Assembly: GCA_009914755.4 (NCBI GenBank)
Contig: CP068257.2
Location: 28,992,001-29,056,000 of the forward strand
Direction: 5' to 3'
DNA length: 64,000 bases
Source: the human T2T-CHM13v2.0 reference genome, Homo sapiens
Position 1 is the stretch's first letter. Each line of letters begins with the position of its first letter. The translations under genes were made by a program, and so were the position numbers. The notes below the pieces were generated by a model. That model was not told where the DNA came from and did not search any database. It saw only the letters and a list, made by a program, of their open reading frames with translations. Shown here piece after piece: positions 55,907-64,000 of the stretch.

Positions 55907-57499
55907 AGTTCCTACTATGTACTCAATGTTGGTACAGCAAGACATAGTCCTATACCACAAGAAGGTGGCATTATATAATAAAATATAAATATGTTTATAA
56001 AAATAAATATAACTCACACATATACTGAAAGGCAGGCAAGTGAACCAAATCAAATGCTGTGTTGGCTATGAATATTTAGCATGCTCCGGAAGTCAAGAAG
56101 GATTTCAGATACTGGAGCCACTGGTGAAGATGAGGCTTAAACTGAGATGTTAAGGGTCAGTTGGTTAGATGAGAAAGGGCTATCTATTCCCTGCCCTGAA
56201 GGAACAGCCTGAGAGAAGCAGGGGAGGTTCAGCAGCATGAAGCATTGCAGAAAATCCATAGGTACGAATGTGTGGCAGGCATGAAGCATGGGTGAGCAGG
56301 AAGAGTAGAGGGAAGGGGGAGAATGATAGCAAGAAACCTGTGATTAAGGACTTTGCATGGCAAGTTAAAGACTGAGCATATTTCCATAAATAGGAAGGAG
56401 CCTTAACAGTGGATAAATGTGATTTTTTATGCTTTGAAAAGATCACCTTGTCACCATCTGGAAGATGGATGGGAGAGGAACCAGACAAGAGGCAAGATGG
56501 CTTAGCGGAAGGAAGAGGCGATTCTGTGGGCATAATCCAGGAAAAGCATAATAAGAACTTGTCCAGGACAAGAAAAAACTAAAATCAAATAAGTGGGGCT
56601 GTACCAAAGAAGGATAGAATCAAGGTGGTTTCAGCTCATTCAATATTTTAAAAAAATTATACACATATTTTTGTGAGTACATAACTGATGCATGCATACT
56701 TCATTTATCCACATAAACAAGAGAGGATATACAAAAAGTAAAAGTTCTGTGATAATGTGGAGGTAGTATGGGTTTATTGGTTTAATTGACAGCATTTCTT
56801 TTTGCACTTAAAATATAATAAAGCTTATAGCTTGGTTTGGTAATACCAAGTGCCTCAAAAAAAGTCTGTATATCTAAATAAGTCTATAACAGATTTAGTT
56901 TAATATTTAAATCCAAGAGTAATAGAATTACAAGGGTAAAGTGTGTTTCCCTGGAAGAATTACTTGAAGGTGGATAGACATGTAGAAGAATTGAGCCTTG
57001 CAGGGAAATCATTGATTAGAAACAATAATAATGGCATATGCCAGATCACATTGTCGGAAATTTATTTTTGATTTTGCTTAGGCACTAGAAGTAGGAGTCT
57101 ACAAGAGGAATAGAGGCATAAGCAGAAAACTTGAAAGGGCAAATGGAAATTTCCCTTTGTAGTAAGGAGACAGACGTTTCTTACTAAAGAAAAGATAAAA
57201 GGCTGCTTTGAAGCATCCTGAGAAGACTTTATGCACAAAGCTCAGAGAGGTCTCCAAGCTACAGACAAATGCTGGCTCTAATACTAAGAACGGTATGTTC
57301 AATGCTAGACAGAAATGTTGGAGGGCTATTCAAAGCAATGATCAGTAATGGTTGAAAATTAGTAGGAAAAGTTTTGATTGTGTATAGTAGTTTTTTATTT
57401 TTCATTCTTGCTCAAAATTGGATGCCATCTTTTTAAAATATAGCTACTACCTATTTTGTGATTATCATTAGATAGCACAGATAAAATTAATACATAACT

Positions 57500-57845
57500 T
57501 TTAAATTTTTCAACTTTTATTTTAGATATGGGGATACATGTACAGGCTTATTACATGGGAATATTGCATGATTCTGAGGTTTGAGGTACAGATCCCCTCA
57601 CGCAGGTAGTAAGCATAGTACCTGATAGATACTAATATTTCGATCCATACTCCCCTTCTTCCTGCCCCCTTCCCCACTCTAGTAATCCTCAGTGTGTATT
57701 GTTCCCACATTTATGTCCACGTGTGCTCAATGTTTAGCTCTTATGGATATGATTTCATTCTTTTTTATGGCTGCATAGTATTCTGCGGTGTGTGTGTGTG
57801 TGTGATATCACATTTTCTTTACCCAGTCTACCATTGATGGGCACC
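57500..57845 (-). mobile_element. L1 3' end fragment of an older L1P subfamily, antisense
   Basis: gatacatgtacaggcttattacatgggaatattgcatgattctgaggtttgagg...ccttcttcctgccccc...ttttttatggctgcatagtattctg...cccagtctaccattgatgggcac. Confidence 0.5.
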
Positions 57846-58102
57846 TGAAAATGATCAAGGACATCATTTGAGCATAAGCAGGAACATTTTTGCTAAAGTC
57901 TACTGTTAACTAGAAAGTGTCAAAAAACACTTTATGGATAGTAAGAACACAGAAGATTCATAAAGTTTTAAAACATCCCTAAAAAGTAAGCAAGGTGGCT
58001 TACTATGCTCCAGGCATTTGAGATATGTCAGTGAATCAAACTTACAAAGACCCATGCTCTCATGGAGTTTATACTGTAGCAATTGCATTCATTTTCTATA
58101 TC

Positions 58103-58570
58103 TGTTGTAACAAATTACTACTATCTTGAAAGCTTAAAAGCACAAATTTATTTTCTCACAGTTCTGGAAGCCAGAAGTCTGAAATCAGTATAATTGGTCC
58201 CAAATCAAGGAAATCAAGGAGTCTCCAACACCTCATTCCCTCCAGAGGATCTAGGGGAGAATCTGTTCCTTGCGTCTTCCAGCTTCTGGTGTCTACAATT
58301 ATTCCCTGGCTTGTGCCCACATCACTCTAGTCTCTGCCTCTGTGGTCGCATTGCTCCCACTTATGTCCGTCAAATTTCCATCTGCTTCTCTCTTACAGGA
58401 ACACTCATAGCTGCATTTAGAGCCTATGTAGATAATATAAGATAATCTCTCCTTCCTAAGATCCTTAATTTAATCACATCTGCAGAGATCATTTTTCCAA
58501 ACAAGGTAACATTTCTTAGGTTCTGGGCATTAGGACCTGGTGTCTTCAGGGGCGTTATTCAGCCTGCCAC
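58103..58570 (-). mobile_element. MaLR LTR (MLT1/MST-like), antisense
   Basis: tgttgtaacaaattactactatc...ttctcacagttctggaagccagaagtctgaaatcag...the reverse complement of a MaLR LTR. Confidence 0.5.
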
Positions 58571-58620
58571 GGCAATGGAAACGCGCAATTCACCAAGTGA
58601 TAAATAAATAATATAGTAGT

Positions 58621-58922
58621 CAGGCCAAGAACAGTGGTTCACGCCTGTAATCCCAGCACTTTGGGAGGCCAAGGCAGGCAGATCACTTGAGGTCAGGAGT
58701 TCGAGACCAGCCTGGCCAACATGGTGAAACCCCGTCTTTACTGAAAAATACAAAAATTAGCTGGGAGTGATGGCACACGCCTGTAGTCCCAGCTTCTCGA
58801 GAGGCTAAGGCAGGAGAATCTCTTGAGTCTGGGCAGCGGAGGTTGTAGGGAGCCGAGATTGCGCCACTGCACTCCAGGCTGGGAGACAGAGAGAGACAAC
58901 GTCTCAAAAAAAAAAAAAAAAA
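58621..58922 (+). mobile_element. Alu, full length, with a long A tail
   Basis: ggccaagaacagtggttcacgcctgtaatcccagcactttgggaggc...gacaacgtctcaaaaaaaaaaaaaaaaaag. Confidence 0.9.
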
Positions 58923-58943
58923 AGATAGAGAAAATTGATATAC

Positions 58944-59038
58944 ACTTGAGCCCAGGAAAGGGAGGTTGCAGTGAGCCCAGATCGTGCCATTGCACTCCAG
59001 CCTGGGCAACAGAGCGAGACTCTGTCTCAAAAAAAAGA
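58944..59038 (+). mobile_element. Alu 3' fragment immediately downstream of the full Alu
   Basis: cttgagcccaggaaagggaggttgcagtgagcccagatcgtgccattgcactccagcctgggcaacagagcgagactctgtctcaaaaaaaag. Confidence 0.7.
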
Positions 59039-60107
59039 TATGGTAATTAGATGGTGATAAGGGACTTAGGGGGAAATGTAGAAGATGGTAAAGGGACCAA
59101 TGATTCCAGGAGTTGGAGGATAGAGAGAGGAAGAAATTACCTTTTAAAGTACTTTCTTTGGATAAGCTTCATTGAGCAAAAAGAAGGAGAAAAAGGAGTA
59201 GACCTCACTGATACTTGCAGGAAGAGCTTCCAAGCAGCAGACAGGAGCAGCCGGAGTCCAGCCTTTAAGGGGCAGCTGGCTTGCAGCATTCTCGCTACTA
59301 AAAGTTGTGAGACCAAATGAGCTTTTAGGATGACAGTGAAGCAGATAGAAATGGAGAAATCAAGAGGTCTAAGACTGGGACAGAGGCATCTTAACATTCA
59401 AATGTCAGAGAAAATAGAGATAGGAGAAAGGAGACCGAGAAAGCTTGGCCAAGGAAACAGGGAAAGGCAAGAAAGGATGGAGACTTGTAGGTCAAAGGAA
59501 GAAAGATATTCAAAGAGAAATGAATAATGGACTGGCAAAGGCTCGTGATAGGTCAAGTAAGTTGAGAACAGAGAACTGATCTTCGTTATTTAGCGGAAGG
59601 CATTATAGATAAAGTACACAGGATCGGATTTGGCAGGCAACTGTGGGCAAAAAGCTGACTGCAATGAGTTTGAGACTCTTCTGAGTCATGGATCAGCAAT
59701 CATTCCACTAAACCGTTCTGCCTAAGCGTAAGATAATATCTCATTTGCTGTAGAGTTCATAATTTGCCTCTTTAGGTAGTTCTACAGAAAAAAAGAGCTA
59801 AGTGGCTCTTTTCTACTTAAAGTGCATATGTTTCTCTCATGATTTTCCAGATGTTTGATTTATTTTCTGCAAGCTCGAGTATCATCAGACTAGATGCTTT
59901 GCTCTACAAACACAGCTGTGTGAATTTGAACACTGATGAGAGATTCACCCTTATGGAGGCATTGTCAAGGGTCACCTCCTTATCCTGGCCTAGATGGCCA
60001 GTCCATAGTGAATAGAACAATGGAAGCAAAATTATATCGATCTCTGGCAGGGCAAAGTGTGATGAGGATAATTTGGAATAACTCCACAGAATTTTAAAAA
60101 GTACTCC

Positions 60108-60477
<370 letters not shown>

Positions 60478-60844
60478 TAGACACAAATGCACGGAGACAG
60501 GAACAGAGGCAGAATGGGTAGCCCTGCACAGGCTTTGTATCATTCTCCCTCTGGCACAGCAATGGCTATTTTCCACTGTAGTAACTTCCTGGCTTAACAC
60601 ATAAGATGATAAACTTTATGGATTGTTTAATCCTGCTTTTTCCATAAAAGCTTTCAAGCAGCTTTAAAAATATGATGATTCTGGAGGAAAATGTGTAAAA
60701 TAATCTGGACCAGATAAGATGTCAAATGCAAAGACAGTACTAGGAGTAATATTTCACCATGGGGATGCTGGTCACAAGAAACTACATAACCATTACAAGC
60801 ATCTCTGAATTTTTCTTCAAATTTCCTGACATCTAGCATAGAGA

Positions 60845-61234
60845 TGTTGTATTAGCAAGCTCAAGTTCCCGTAACAGAATACCACAGACTAGGTGGCTTA
60901 AACAACAGAAATTTATTTCCTTACATTTCTGGAGGCTCTAAGTCCAAGATCAAGGTGCCAGCAAGCTAGGTTTCCGGCGAGGCCTCTCTCCCTGGCTTAG
61001 AGATGACTACTTTCTTGCTGTGTCTTCATGTGGCCTTTTCATTGTTACTGTCTCTTCCTCTTCTTATAAGGCCACCAATACTTCTGGACTAGGGCCCCAC
61101 TTGTGGATTATAACCCCATTTAACATTACTTACCTCTTTAAAGGCCCTACCTCCAAATACAGTCATATTAGGGATGAGGGTTTCAACATCTGAATTGGAG
61201 GTTTAGGGGAGGAAGATACAATTCAGTTATAACA
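60845..61234 (-). mobile_element. MaLR LTR (MLT1/MST-like), antisense
   Basis: gtaacagaataccacagactaggtggcttaaacaacagaaatttatttccttacatttctggaggctctaagtccaagatcaaggtgccagc...ttcttataaggccaccaatac...aattcagttataaca. Confidence 0.5.
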
Positions 61235-62534
61235 CGAGGCATGAATTTCTGGGGTCTCCCTGTTGCTAAGTTACATAAACCAGGGGGGATAGTAGGACTG
61301 GCACCTCATTGTAAACCTTTAGGAGGCTAATCAAGGTTCTCATCTGAAGGAATATTGACTGCACCTTTAAATAGAACTAGGATGTTTTCATTAAAAGAAA
61401 ATTCTGGAACATCAAACAAATATTCACGGTCTCCAAATTCTTTTCTATTGATCCATATTCACAGACAAATAAAGTTTTGTTGTTATTTTTAATTAAGTAG
61501 TGTGTATGCTTACAAAGGAATATATGTAATTTATACATGAGTTCTGAAGCATAATAATGAACACACCACTCACTGTATGAGCTAGAATTTTAACCATACC
61601 ATTGAATTAGCCTGTGTGATCTGACCTCATCCAAATACCTCTAGGTATGCCCACAAGAGATGTGTTATTTTGCAGTTTCAAATAATACTGCTCTAAAGGG
61701 TCTTCCACATGTCTCTAAGCACCGGAGTGTTTACCCAGGGGGAGAATTGAAGGTTTTCATAAAGTATGTTCAGATCTAGTTTCAGGAAACAATGCTAAAT
61801 TGTGATCCAAAGCAGTAGTATCAATTTACACTCCCACCTACATGACATAGACGTTTTCATTGCTTTACCTTCTCAACAACTCTTAGAATTATCTTTTTAG
61901 TTTTAAATATATATCATTGTGGTCTTCATGTTTCTGTTTATTCATAAGTTTGAGCATCTTTTAAAATGTTTATTTGTCTTGCACGTTTTCACCTCTGTAA
62001 AATACCTGTTCCTGTCTTTAGCTCATTCTTACATGTTTTTATGTGTCATCTATACACATACATATATATGTTATATACACGTTTATGTGTCACATTAGTA
62101 TATTTTTCCTAGATATTTGATCTAAGTCATTTATATATGACACCAGTAATTTCTCCCAATTTATAGGTATTTGTTTTTACTTTTTTTCACTGTCTTCCAG
62201 CATAATTGGTGGGAAAAAATTTCAATTCTAGTAAAATAAAATGTATCAATAATTTATTTTGTGTTCTAATGCCCTATGTAATTGAAAAAATTCAATCTTC
62301 AGTATGGAGATATCCTCCTATATTTTCTTCTGACAGCTTTAAGTTTATGACTTTCACTTTAACTCCAATTTGACTTGCATTTATTGTATTGCAGCATCTC
62401 TCAACCTTGGCACCATAATATTTTGGGCTGAATAATTCTTTGTTTATGGGGTTGTCCTGGACACTTTAGGATATCATGCAGCATCACTAGCCTCAACCCA
62501 CTCAATGCCAGTAGCAACCCACTGCCACTGGTGA

Positions 62535-62935
<401 letters not shown>

Positions 62936-64000
62936 TAGATATTTTAAAGTCATTAATGCCATTCAATAAAATGTCCCACAAAATGATGTATGCCTCATTT
63001 ATTAGATTTATTCCAAATTGTCATATTTTTGCTATTGTAAATAATATATTTTTAATTTTTTTCTACTGTGATTGGCATATAGACATGCAATAGCTTATTG
63101 TAAATCAAACTTATGTCTAGCCATCTTAATACTTACTACTTCTTATAACTTGTTTATAGGCTTATTTGTGCTATTTTTATAAATACAATCATATAAACTA
63201 CACTTTATGAGTTTTGTCTCTGCTTGTCTAATCTTTATGCTTCTTATTTCTTTTTTGTTGTTATTTTGGTATTGTCCTGGTTACAATGTACAAACCATCA
63301 CTGAATAGAAGTGGTAATGAAGCCCCAAATTTAAAACAGAAGTTTCCAACTTTGCCCTGTGTTTTGATCAATTTTCTCAACTTGGCTAGGTTATAGTAGT
63401 CAGTTTCTTGGTCAAACATCAGTCTAGATGTTGCTGTGAAGGTGATATTAAATATAATTAACATCTAAATCAGAAGACTTTAAGTAGAGCAGGTTACCCT
63501 CTATAGCCTGGGCGGTTCTCATCCAATCAGTTGAAGGCCTTAAGAGAAAAGACTGAGGTCCCCCAAAGAGGAAGGAATTCTGCTCACAGGCTGCTTCAGA
63601 CACAAGACTGCAACATCAATGCCTGCAAGAATTTCTAGCCTACTTTCCAGCTTTATACATCTCAGACTTGCCAGCCCACAGAGCTATGTGAGTCAATTCC
63701 TTAAAATGAAACTCTCTACATGTATCTCTGGCTCCATATCTATATATGCTATGAGTCTATGTGTTCCGTTTCTCTGGAGGAACCTTAACTAATACACCCC
63801 ATGAAGAATGAAGTTTCATGTGGGTTTTTGGCAGTTACCCTTTGTCAAGTTAAGACAGTGTGATGGGTTAAATTGTGCCTGTCCACAATATGTTCATTGA
63901 AAACCTCAGATGTAATTAAAGTAAGAATCTCATCATGAGATCATCCTGGATTCACATAGGATCTATATAACATGATGAGAGAGATAGGAAAGGAGACACA

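Overview
This 64 kb window is AT-rich primate (human) intergenic DNA. About half of it is interspersed repeats: at least 13 Alu elements, several ancient L1M fragments and young L1PA 3' ends, roughly a dozen MaLR LTRs including one full-length THE1/MST-type element with intact target-site duplications, and one Tigger/MER2-type DNA transposon. The only protein-coding content is in the first 18 kb. It is a tandem, same-orientation (+) array of four single-exon, high glycine-tyrosine keratin-associated protein (KRTAP type 20) loci, as in the human 21q22.1 KRTAP cluster. Of these, one is an intact 65-aa gene with a canonical TATA box and a poly(A) signal (KRTAP20-2-like, 10202-10399). One is a 44-aa short-ORF copy with a degraded TATA (17827-17961). 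Two are pseudogenes: 1381-1930 is internally deleted, frameshifted and split by an Alu, and 11875-12680 has its coding core deleted to ATG-AGC-TGA. Other points of interest are two independent L1PA insertions with the twin-priming inversion architecture, and an unclassified ~134-bp TA-flanked MITE-like element present as an inverted pair. There is nothing prokaryotic here: no CRISPR, rRNA, tRNA or CpG island. I see no evidence of a novel biological system, only an ordinary hair-keratin-associated gene cluster embedded in repeats. Most six-frame ORFs in the track are repeat-derived (L1 ORF2, MaLR internal, Alu) or frame artefacts of the Gly/Tyr repeats. Coordinates of repeat boundaries are approximate, roughly +/-10 bp.
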